Virus record (IMG/VR): IMGVR_UViG_3300027714_000005
Length of the DNA: 64,000 bases
Reading direction: 5' to 3' (one strand)
Source of the DNA: a virus
Below the pieces are notes generated by a model. The model saw nothing but the letters and a program-made list of their open reading frames with translations. It was not told the DNA's origin and made no database searches. Each line of letters opens with the position of its first letter. The stretch's first letter is position 1. The translations under genes were made by a program, and so were the position numbers. This document shows, one piece after another, positions 1 to 7,531 of this stretch.

Positions 1-41
1 TAATCAATTGGTCGTTGGTTCGACCCCAACCTTCGGAGCCA
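1..41 (+). tRNA. 3' part of a tRNA, probably tRNA-Asn (5' half outside window)
   Basis: T-arm GTTGG-TTCGACC-CCAAC, acceptor strand CTTCGGA, discriminator G and encoded CCA. The GGA-G-CCA end is typical of tRNA-Asn; the anticodon is cut by the window edge. Confidence 0.75.
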
Positions 42-61
42 TTACTATATGAGGAACGAGA

Positions 62-226
62 ATGAGTCATTACGATAAAGAAAGAGAAAGTTACCAAGAC
101 TTTATTGCAAAAAAAGCAAAAGAAGCAAAAAGGATATCCGCTTCAATGGTTGCACCCTCACCCATAGAGTTAAGGGTGAAGGCGTTAGAGGAAAGAATAA
201 AAGAGTTAGAGAAGAAACAGGGTTAA
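62..226 (+). CDS. small hypothetical protein (54 aa, coiled-coil C-terminus)
   Basis: Manually read ORF MSHYDKERES...LEERIKELEKKQG with GAGGA upstream; below the ORF-track cutoff. Confidence 0.6.
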   Translation: MSHYDKERESYQDFIAKKAKEAKRISASMVAPSPIELRVKALEERIKELEKKQG

Positions 227-903
227 GATCGTTTCTTCTTCTTACGTTCGTCAGCAATCCACTTCTTAGCTTTAGAGTTATCTACTGGTTTTTTGAGGAA
301 CTTACTGACATCTTTATATGCACGTAGAGTCTCTACCTTAAAGTCTTTACCGTTAGAGTTATCAACAATCAACATATTCTGTTTACCGAACATAGTCTGG
401 AATGCACCGATGTTACGTTGTACTTCTTTCCAGTAGTTGGTAACTTCTTTCGCACCAATAGTACGGTCACGTGCTTCATCACGTTCTATTGCGGTATCAA
501 GGTCGGTGTTCACAAATATCATTGCAACATCGTAACCAAGATTCTTCATTGCACTGACTTGTGATTTAACCTTACTGAAGTCTTTACCAGTACCATCAAT
601 AACCAAACCAAGACGACCAGTAAGGTATCGTGTTTGCATGATACCAGTTAATTTCTTTGCCTTACCACGCATCTCTTGACCTTGTACAGAGAAGATGTTA
701 TCGGTGTTCATCTCCATACCTGCTTTCTTCATTGCAGCTTCGTATGCGTCATCAGAGTTTACAACCTTCAGACCTAATGCGGGAAGACCCGTCTTACCAA
801 CGATGAAAGACTTACCACTGCCTGGCCCACCAGCAAGGAATATTGCTTTAAAGATTGCGGGGTCATCGACACCCTCAGTTATGAACTTCTTAAACTTAAT
901 CAT
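223..903 (-). CDS. Zeta-toxin-like P-loop kinase
   Basis: Walker A GGPGSGKS, NSDD, LVIDGTG. Start placed at 903 (MIKFKKFITEG), TAATG-coupled to the upstream ORF. Confidence 0.8.
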   Translation of the reverse strand: MIKFKKFITEGVDDPAIFKAIFLAGGPGSGKSFIVGKTGLPALGLKVVNSDDAYEAAMKKAGMEMNTDNIFSVQGQEMRGKAKKLTGIMQTRYLTGRLGLVIDGTGKDFSKVKSQVSAMKNLGYDVAMIFVNTDLDTAIERDEARDRTIGAKEVTNYWKEVQRNIGAFQTMFGKQNMLIVDNSNGKDFKVETLRAYKDVSKFLKKPVDNSKAKKWIADERKKKKRS

Positions 904-1055
904 TAGAATATCCACACTAGTAGTAACGTTACTACCACACCTTCGATGAATGCAACTGCACGTGTACCAAGGTCATACTTCATAAGTGCTATGTCGTATA
1001 GGTCATCGTGCTTCTCCACGATAATTGCTTGTATTTCTTTTAACTTGTCCATCAT
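903..1055 (-). CDS. small membrane protein (50 aa)
   Basis: Manually read MMDKLKEIQA...GVVVTLLLVWIF with a C-terminal hydrophobic helix; AAGGA upstream; stop overlaps the next ATG. Confidence 0.65.
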   Translation of the reverse strand: MMDKLKEIQAIIVEKHDDLYDIALMKYDLGTRAVAFIEGVVVTLLLVWIF

Positions 1056-1064
1056 TTTACTTCC

Positions 1065-1895
1065 TTAGTAAACTTGCATTACTCGTTCGAGAATACGACT
1101 GTAGTTCGACATGATAGCTGTGAAAGCGTCATTATCACTCGAACTTAATTTAATACTACTGTTATTTATATGTTCTGCAAACTCACGAATATCTTTATTT
1201 TCACCAGTCAACCTAGTGGGTCTTGGTGGTAACGGAGTGCCATTCCTGACAGCAAGTCTTGCACTAAAATCTTCTCTCTCATAGAGGTCGATCAAATCAA
1301 AGTCTTCGGTGCACATTGATGCGAAGTCATTCTTGATATCAGATGCAACGAACGTCTGACCCACATCAAGGGGTTGTCCTGCTAGGAACACTGCGTCAAA
1401 CAAAATATCTGAATTTACATAGTATGTATCATCTCCCATGACATAACGTTTGTTTGAAGATACTTCACCCGACACAAAGTGTCTACCAATGTCTTTACAG
1501 AACGATGCGTGATCGTCTGGGTATGCAGTGCATACGTAGGCAGATTGATGAAAGTGTGCGTTGACTATTGGCCATAGTTGTGAAACTAGGTTAGTCCTCA
1601 ATCCACCTTCTGAGTGGTCATACAGTGTGGAGAATGCAGAGTCTCTAAATGATGGTACTACCAGAACATTCTGATATCCCAATAGGTTAATCATATTAGA
1701 TATACCTATTGCTTGCCAGATAAATGATTCCGCAAACTTCTCTTCTCGCACAAAGTCATACGCAGGATGAGCAGCAATAAACTCGATTATCTTGCGTTCT
1801 AAATGACCAAAGCTATCTTCGTTCACCATAACACTATTAACAGTCTGACCCGTCTTACCGATGACTACGTTAAATAAATCCCTATTATGACTCAT
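1065..1895 (-). CDS. hypothetical protein, paralog of 1895..2698
   Basis: 276-aa ORF sharing GYQN[VI]LVV.SF, FDAV and CTEDFD[LM]ID motifs with its neighbour. Confidence 0.8.
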   Translation of the reverse strand: MSHNRDLFNVVIGKTGQTVNSVMVNEDSFGHLERKIIEFIAAHPAYDFVREEKFAESFIWQAIGISNMINLLGYQNVLVVPSFRDSAFSTLYDHSEGGLRTNLVSQLWPIVNAHFHQSAYVCTAYPDDHASFCKDIGRHFVSGEVSSNKRYVMGDDTYYVNSDILFDAVFLAGQPLDVGQTFVASDIKNDFASMCTEDFDLIDLYEREDFSARLAVRNGTPLPPRPTRLTGENKDIREFAEHINNSSIKLSSSDNDAFTAIMSNYSRILERVMQVY

Positions 1896-2698
1896 TAGTA
1901 TACCTTATACCATTCATTAATAGTTTCTAGGTTAATTGCGAGTCGAAAGTATACTAGTCGATCTCTATGATTTCGAATCTTTCCCAAGAAATTTGGAGTG
2001 ATACGTTGCTTCACTTCATATATTCTAGTGGGGGTGTTCACACACTCGATAAGACGATTGATGGATTGTTCTTTGTTCTTAGGCCCACCTTTTAGGTTTC
2101 TAGTCTTTGTGTCGCCACGGTAAACATCGATCATGTCGAAGTCTTCGGTGCAGTACTTCGCAAACTTTGCCTTAACATCAGTGGCACTAAACTTACCGTC
2201 TAACAGTGATTCACTGCCTAGTAGAACTACCGCATCAAACTTAACGTCAGTCTTCATCTTGAAGGTACTGTCAATTTTAAAACAAGAGTCAACCGGAATT
2301 ATGTTGATGTCGTACTTTTCATATAACGGGGTGAAGATACTTCCCATCTTGGGTTCTGCGACATAGATGTTGCCGTGTGTCTCGTTCACCGAGTGTACAA
2401 TAGGTAACAGATGGTCACCCGCACTTTTTATAGGACGGTAGTTCCTATCTCGTAATTGAGTATATTGGTTGTTTTCGAAAGAAGTCACAACCAGAATGTT
2501 CTGATATCCCGAAGTCGCAAGCATTCCGTCAACAAGCGATGCGTCTGTCAGTAGAGTTGTTATATCACTGAACTTGGTTACCCTACCATTAAACTTTGGA
2601 ATACCGTCACGAATTGTGGACATCATTGTTTCTTTAGTTTCTAAGTCAACTATGGTGTTTTGTTCTGACGTTCTCGGTTGGGTTCTATATAGAATCAT
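1895..2698 (-). CDS. hypothetical protein, paralog of 1065..1895
   Basis: 267-aa ORF, translationally coupled, same shared motifs. Confidence 0.8.
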   Translation of the reverse strand: MILYRTQPRTSEQNTIVDLETKETMMSTIRDGIPKFNGRVTKFSDITTLLTDASLVDGMLATSGYQNILVVTSFENNQYTQLRDRNYRPIKSAGDHLLPIVHSVNETHGNIYVAEPKMGSIFTPLYEKYDINIIPVDSCFKIDSTFKMKTDVKFDAVVLLGSESLLDGKFSATDVKAKFAKYCTEDFDMIDVYRGDTKTRNLKGGPKNKEQSINRLIECVNTPTRIYEVKQRITPNFLGKIRNHRDRLVYFRLAINLETINEWYKVY

Positions 2699-2967
2699 TT
2701 CTTTATTCCTGAGTAGATGGACTGAATGTGGTCTTCAAACAGTTCGATTTTCTCTAGTCGTTTAGGCCAGAGAATATACTCTTTCTCTGGGTTTGCCTTG
2801 AGATTGTTTAGTAATGGTTGAATCGCACCAAACAACGCATCGAGTTTTTCTTGTGTTTCGGACACAGATGTAGAGACGTTCGCTACCTGCGCCTGTGCAT
2901 TTTGCACCGCATCTAGTTCGTTCTCATCTACAAGTGTGAAACCAAAATCAAATAGTTCATTGGACAT
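2695..2967 (-). CDS. conserved phage hypothetical protein (coiled coil)
   Basis: 90 aa with FDFGFT and NPEKEYILWP motifs; AGGAG RBS and late promoter upstream. Confidence 0.75.
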   Translation of the reverse strand: MSNELFDFGFTLVDENELDAVQNAQAQVANVSTSVSETQEKLDALFGAIQPLLNNLKANPEKEYILWPKRLEKIELFEDHIQSIYSGIKK

Positions 2968-2985
2968 ATCATTCTCCTGTCATAC

Positions 2986-2993
2986 TATTTATA
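2986..2993 (-). promoter_or_regulatory. T4-type late promoter TATAAATA
   Basis: TATTTATA on + strand, heading the leftward 2967->223 operon. Confidence 0.8.
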
Positions 2994-3013
2994 AGTTTTT
3001 TTATCTAAAGTGC

Positions 3014-3042
3014 TTGACAAAAGGTGTTTAATTCTGTATAGT
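3014..3042 (+). promoter_or_regulatory. sigma70-type early promoter
   Basis: TTGACA-17 nt-TATAGT with extended -10 TG. Confidence 0.8.
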
Positions 3043-3071
3043 GTATGTATACTGTCATGAAAGAAAAAGAA

Positions 3072-3371
3072 ATGCAAACATTTAATGGTTCGATGAAGTA
3101 TGATATGCATGGTCGGAAGCGTAAGACTAATGCGTGGAAGACCACCCCTAAACGTGCCAAGACGGAGTTTAAACCTTTAGAGTCCTATCCTGTCCATCGT
3201 GACGATAACCGCGAGAAGTACCCTTCTAAGAGTGATATGGGACGTGATATTGTAAGGGTAGACAATTCATATAGAATTGAAGAGTCTAAGAAGTTCACGG
3301 TAGCACCAGCCTATAATAAGGGTGCATATCAAGTAATCTCACGTTCAGACGTGAAACACATAGGAAAATAG
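3072..3371 (+). CDS. conserved phage hypothetical protein
   Basis: Basic ORF ending TVAPAYNKGAYQVI; start uncertain (3045/3057/3072). Confidence 0.7.
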   Translation: MQTFNGSMKYDMHGRKRKTNAWKTTPKRAKTEFKPLESYPVHRDDNREKYPSKSDMGRDIVRVDNSYRIEESKKFTVAPAYNKGAYQVISRSDVKHIGK

Positions 3372-3372
3372 T

Positions 3373-3537
3373 ATGTTATTAAACCCAGATGATAGAACCC
3401 CATTCGAAGTATTAACAAAGGCGATGTACGAGGACAACCGTAGTGAACGTAGATTGTGGAAAGACGAAGAAATCTCTTATGAACAATATGTTGAAGAGAA
3501 TATGCAATTTCTGCTTGACAACTTCAGAGAAGTGTGA
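3373..3537 (+). CDS. small hypothetical protein (54 aa)
   Basis: Manually read MLLNPDDRTPFEVL...FLLDNFREV; fills the gap between neighbours. Confidence 0.6.
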   Translation: MLLNPDDRTPFEVLTKAMYEDNRSERRLWKDEEISYEQYVEENMQFLLDNFREV

Positions 3538-3543
3538 TATAAT
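3515..3543 (+). promoter_or_regulatory. sigma70-type early promoter
   Basis: Perfect TTGACA-17 nt-TATAAT. Confidence 0.85.
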
Positions 3544-3576
3544 ACTTGTATTGATAATGAGAACTGTGAGGATATT

Positions 3577-4062
3577 ATGAAGATTGTAATTCAAACCCAA
3601 GTACGAGAGAACTATGCTGCCCACAACGAGGACTATGTCCAAGGTGTAACGCAGGATTACTGGAAGTACAAAGGCGGTAGAACCTTTGTAGTAAACAATG
3701 TGACCATTGCACAGTCTCAGGATGACGCCTTCTGGCAGTCCTTAACGGACGCTGTAACAGAGATGAACGAATCCTTTGAGGAGTATATCCTCAGTAGCGA
3801 CCTCGTTGATGAGTGCGACTTCGACCTAAGAAACTTCGCCGTCACCCTAGAGAAAGACCTCTTCACCGAAGGGTTTGTTGCACTGAGGAAGACCATCAAT
3901 GGTGAGTACGGTTACATGAGAAAAGAAATACTCAGTAAGTACGAGAGATGGTTACAGATTGGTGGCGAACAGAAGGACTATTCCAGTTCGTTCGAATTCG
4001 TCAACGGTAAGATTCTTCCGTATAAAGAGTCGTGTGATTACCTGAAGGAGTTAGCGGCATGA
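3577..4062 (+). CDS. hypothetical early protein
   Basis: 161 aa with GAGGA RBS and TQVRENY...YWKYKGG motif. Confidence 0.75.
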   Translation: MKIVIQTQVRENYAAHNEDYVQGVTQDYWKYKGGRTFVVNNVTIAQSQDDAFWQSLTDAVTEMNESFEEYILSSDLVDECDFDLRNFAVTLEKDLFTEGFVALRKTINGEYGYMRKEILSKYERWLQIGGEQKDYSSSFEFVNGKILPYKESCDYLKELAA

Positions 4063-4349
4063 ATGTCCCGAACGGTCTTGCGAGACTTATAAAAGGTGGT
4101 TGTACCATTGAGAAAAACGACATGGACTATGTGAATGGATTCCAACTCGTTTACAAATTTGATAATGATTATGGTGCGTCCGTAGTTAAACATGATTTCT
4201 CGTATGGCGGAAAGAAAGGCCTATATGAGGTTGCGGTGCTTGACAATGAAGGCGACCTGTGTTATACTACACCCATAACGGACAATGTTCTTGGTTATCA
4301 AAACATTGGTCAGGTAGAACAAATACTTGCGGAGATATCACATCTATGA
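4059..4349 (+). CDS. conserved phage hypothetical protein
   Basis: 96 aa, YKFDNDYGASVV..SYGG..LYEVAVL; ATGA overlap with upstream gene. Confidence 0.75.
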   Translation: MNVPNGLARLIKGGCTIEKNDMDYVNGFQLVYKFDNDYGASVVKHDFSYGGKKGLYEVAVLDNEGDLCYTTPITDNVLGYQNIGQVEQILAEISHL

Positions 4350-4897
4350 ATATATTCCACTTAGATAACGACCCTATTGTTGCCGCACAGATGATGTGTG
4401 ACAAACACGTCTGTAAGATGGTCACTGAGTACGGCCAAATGTTGTCTACTGCACATCGTGTACTAGACGGTGAGTTGTACATAGACAAGACCAAGAATGG
4501 TCGTAACATCAAACGATGGAGAGTGCCAGGCGATTGTCGAGAACGAGACTTGTACAAGGCATCTCATGTCAATCACCCGTCCAACATATGGACACGTGAG
4601 AATGAAGCGAACTACCGATGGTTGTTCAAACACTTCCAAGCAACTGCGAAGGAGTATGAGAAACGATACGGACGTGTACACATGACCTATGATAAACTAG
4701 GTGGTTATGTATGGTTTGCACCACGTAATATAAATTTAGTCGGAAGACTTACAAAATTCGCACAAGCAATGCCTGAGTATTGCAAACGTGAAGACCCAGT
4801 AGAAGCATACCGTTTCTACTACATAAAAGAAAAGGTAGACTTTGCAAGATGGAAGAATACCGAAACCCCAATATGGTTTAAGGAAGGAGTAGCATAA
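4346..4897 (+). CDS. denV: pyrimidine-dimer DNA glycosylase / endonuclease V-like protein
   Basis: MNIFHLD..P..AAQ...DKHV.KM..EY.QMLSTAH, H.NHPS.IW and AMP...K..DPVEAYR.YY motifs; real start at 4346 after GGAG. Confidence 0.7.
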   Translation: MNIFHLDNDPIVAAQMMCDKHVCKMVTEYGQMLSTAHRVLDGELYIDKTKNGRNIKRWRVPGDCRERDLYKASHVNHPSNIWTRENEANYRWLFKHFQATAKEYEKRYGRVHMTYDKLGGYVWFAPRNINLVGRLTKFAQAMPEYCKREDPVEAYRFYYIKEKVDFARWKNTETPIWFKEGVA

Positions 4898-5103
4898 TGC
4901 ACGACATCAATGATTATGATCGCAAACGTGAACATCGTTTTTGTAATCAGTGGACATCGGAAAGAGAGTTCTGGTTGACCCCATCTATTAGTATTAGTTT
5001 ATATGATGGATTCTGCCTAGATATTTCGTTCTTGTGTTTCAAGTACTACACCTTTTTAAACTACAATAGGAAAAATGATAATGGAGAACAATATGACTTA
5101 TGA
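4897..5103 (+). CDS. hypothetical protein
   Basis: 68-aa ORF, TAATG-coupled to the upstream gene. Confidence 0.55.
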   Translation: MHDINDYDRKREHRFCNQWTSEREFWLTPSISISLYDGFCLDISFLCFKYYTFLNYNRKNDNGEQYDL

Positions 5104-5347
5104 AGAAATTGTTAACACCCTACGCCTAGGTGTAGTAAACTTGTCGTTCACTAAAGTGAAAGATAATGCAGTACGTGAAATGAGAGCAACTCTGGTGGAA
5201 GATATGATTCCGGTAGACAAGATGCCTAAGACAGATGCAAACGCAAACACTGAGAAGAACCAACTCGCAGTACGTGTGTTCGATCTGGATGTATCAGACT
5301 GGCGTTCATTTCGTGTTGATTCGCTCTTGACTTTTAACACTCTATAA
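5093..5347 (+). CDS. WYL_2/DUF2693-like SH3-fold protein
   Basis: FTKVKD..VREMRATL...VFDLD..DWRSFR motif; GGAG RBS. Confidence 0.7.
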   Translation: MTYEEIVNTLRLGVVNLSFTKVKDNAVREMRATLVEDMIPVDKMPKTDANANTEKNQLAVRVFDLDVSDWRSFRVDSLLTFNTL

Positions 5348-5365
5348 AGTATACTATATAATACT

Positions 5366-5989
5366 ATGGTCACTAAAAAACTTACATCAGCGCAGAAGGC
5401 AAAGGCAACCAGAGAGGCGAAGAAACTCGCCTCTTTGAAAGAACTTGGTTTCGAACGCAAGAAAGTTAAACGTAAACGCAAACCGATGTCTGATGCACAG
5501 AAGGCTGCAGCGACAGAACGTCTTGCGAAGGCACGTGAAGCGAGAGGGGCGGACGGTAGTAAGTCAGTACATGAAGACTTACGAAACCAACCTGAAGATC
5601 ATTTTCTACACTGGAAGAAAGTTAAGGAGTGGTTGAAAGCAAACCAACTTGAACTGAAAGGAATGTCGATGTTCAAGGACTCTAAGGTCTCTAAGGAAAG
5701 AGGACAATATATCGACCTAGAAGTTTACATATCCAACATGAAGAAGTATCTCAGTGGTGGTATATGGAGTGACTTTAGGTATGGTGAGAAACGAGAATCT
5801 CGTATCATGACCGTCTGTACTACTATGGCATACTATGATGATGGTAGACCTAAGAGAAGTTACGGGACTTGGTATCCAGATATAGCAACAACTTGGACTA
5901 GAGAGTTGGAAGCTGAGTTCGGAACTCAGATATATTCCCCTATTAATAATGAAGAAGTTGAAGAAGAGGATATTGTCGATGAGAGTTGA
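5366..5989 (+). CDS. conserved hypothetical protein with basic N-terminus
   Basis: 207 aa, KRKRKPMS.AQKAAA.ERLAKAREAR; sits directly before gp33. Confidence 0.8.
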   Translation: MVTKKLTSAQKAKATREAKKLASLKELGFERKKVKRKRKPMSDAQKAAATERLAKAREARGADGSKSVHEDLRNQPEDHFLHWKKVKEWLKANQLELKGMSMFKDSKVSKERGQYIDLEVYISNMKKYLSGGIWSDFRYGEKRESRIMTVCTTMAYYDDGRPKRSYGTWYPDIATTWTRELEAEFGTQIYSPINNEEVEEEDIVDES

Positions 5990-6251
5990 GTTTCAAATGG
6001 GTGGAGTAGATTCCTCGCAAGAAGAGTCTAGTTTCATGAACAGAAAGAAGTTTACCCGTATGGTAGAAGATACGGTACGATACAAGTCAATGAATTACAT
6101 TGATGCCGTTGTTTATCTCTGTGAAGATAACAACTTAGAGATTGAGGATATCAAGAAGTATATCGCGGTATCCATCAAGGAGAAGATTGAGTTGGAAGCT
6201 ATGAATCTTAATTTTCTTGAAAAAGGTGAAAGATTGCCAAGTGATAAATAA
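5979..6251 (+). CDS. gp33: late promoter transcription co-activator gp33
   Basis: YIDAVV.LCE.NNLE.E.IKK.I...IKEKIE.EA.NLNFL motif; upstream of gp32. Confidence 0.85.
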   Translation: MRVEFQMGGVDSSQEESSFMNRKKFTRMVEDTVRYKSMNYIDAVVYLCEDNNLEIEDIKKYIAVSIKEKIELEAMNLNFLEKGERLPSDK

Positions 6252-6255
6252 TAGC

Positions 6256-6322
6256 TTGACTTTCTTTCTTTATTATGATACAATGCATACACTTAATACA
6301 AATAATACAACCAATATAAATA
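6256..6322 (+). promoter_or_regulatory. tandem sigma70-type (TTGACT-17-TACAAT) and late (TATAAATA, 6315-6322) promoters of gp32
   Basis: Both motifs are read directly in the gp33-gp32 intergenic region. Confidence 0.7.
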
Positions 6323-6338
6323 ATACCGGAGTAATACA

Positions 6339-7265
6339 ATGTCTTTTGCAAACCTAAAATCTAATTCCCTTGACGTGTCGAAGTTGGCAGCAGCCGCTCA
6401 ACAAGTCGGTGGGGGAACACAAACTAAAAACAAGTACGAAGATTTACGATTCTGGAAACCAACTGTTGATGATAACGGTAACGGTTTCGCACAGATTCGT
6501 TTCCTTCCTGCCGCTGAAGGTCAAGAACTTCCGTGGGTTCGATACTTCGATCACTTCTTTAAAGGGCCTACTGGTCAATGGTACGTTGAGAAGTCTCTGA
6601 CTACTCTTAACGGACAGAACGACCCAGTGAGTGAGTATAACTCACGTCTTTGGAACAGTGGTATCGATGAAGACAAAGAAGTCGCACGTAAACAAAAACG
6701 TAGACTACACTATGTCGCAAATGTCATGGTAGTATCTGACCCATCCAATCCTGCCAATGAAGGTAAAGTATTCCTTTACGACTTCGGTAAGAAAATCTTT
6801 GATAAGATTATGGATGTGATGCAACCACAGTTTCCAGGCGAGACACCTGTAAACCCATTCGATTTCTGGAACGGTGCTGATTTCCAGTTAAAGATTCGCA
6901 ATGTCGCGGGATACCGCAACTATGACAAATCAGAGTTTAAAGGAGTAACTTCGTTCTTAGATGCGGATGAAACTAAACTTGAGTCAACTTATAATCAGTT
7001 GCATGATATGACAGAGTTTGTTGCAGAGTCTTCGTATAAGTCTTACGATGAACTGAAAGCACGTTTAGAAGTAGTACTTGGTCAAGCAACTGGTGCTGGT
7101 GCAACAGTTAAGAATGATATGTTATCTCAGACTGCTGAGAGTGTACCTTGGAAGTCTTCGGAACCAACCGTAGTGTCTAACACTGCCCCAGAACCTACGA
7201 TTGCTGCGACAGGAAATGAAGATGATACCTTGTCATACTTCGCGAAACTCGCTGCTGAAGACTAG
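6339..7265 (+). CDS. gp32: single-stranded DNA-binding protein gp32
   Basis: D.RFWKP..D..GNG.A.IRFLPA, RKQKR.L.Y.AN, GKKIFDKI, NYDKSEF and acidic tail DDTLSYFAKLA. Confidence 0.97.
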   Translation: MSFANLKSNSLDVSKLAAAAQQVGGGTQTKNKYEDLRFWKPTVDDNGNGFAQIRFLPAAEGQELPWVRYFDHFFKGPTGQWYVEKSLTTLNGQNDPVSEYNSRLWNSGIDEDKEVARKQKRRLHYVANVMVVSDPSNPANEGKVFLYDFGKKIFDKIMDVMQPQFPGETPVNPFDFWNGADFQLKIRNVAGYRNYDKSEFKGVTSFLDADETKLESTYNQLHDMTEFVAESSYKSYDELKARLEVVLGQATGAGATVKNDMLSQTAESVPWKSSEPTVVSNTAPEPTIAATGNEDDTLSYFAKLAAED

Positions 7266-7303
7266 GAAAGAATCCTTGCCTTAGGATAAACCGTTATGGT
7301 TAT

Positions 7304-7329
7304 AGGGTCTCTTCGGAGACCCTTTTTTT
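7304..7329 (+). terminator. Rho-independent terminator with C(UUCG)G loop
   Basis: AGGGTCTC-TTCG-GAGACCCT followed by a T-run, between convergent genes. Confidence 0.9.
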
Positions 7330-7531
7330 ATCTGTCGTAAACTGTTGTTGACTCGTTCACTTTCTTGGGGATACAATAGGCTGTTACCATTGTGTTATGA
7401 TGAATGTTCTTATGTTGTCCATGAACAAGGGCATGGGCATAGTCATTACACACATGAATACTACGGAAATACATATCTTGAGATATGATATCCCCCTGCA
7501 CCATTACCATAAGTAGGAATGCGTGTATCAA
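7328..7531 (-). CDS. small hypothetical protein
   Basis: 67 aa, hydrophobic N-terminus, FRSI..C and AYCIP motifs; ATGA overlap. Confidence 0.65.
   Translation of the reverse strand: MIHAFLLMVMVQGDIISQDMYFRSIHVCNDYAHALVHGQHKNIHHNTMVTAYCIPKKVNESTTVYDR

Noticed and set aside
223-1055. Epsilon-zeta toxin-antitoxin pair
   Set aside because: The upstream 50-aa ORF is a membrane-anchored peptide with no epsilon-like features; nothing supports antitoxin function.
4259-4345. N-terminal extension of the DenV-like ORF
   Set aside because: It overlaps the upstream gene; the family-typical MNIF start is at 4346.
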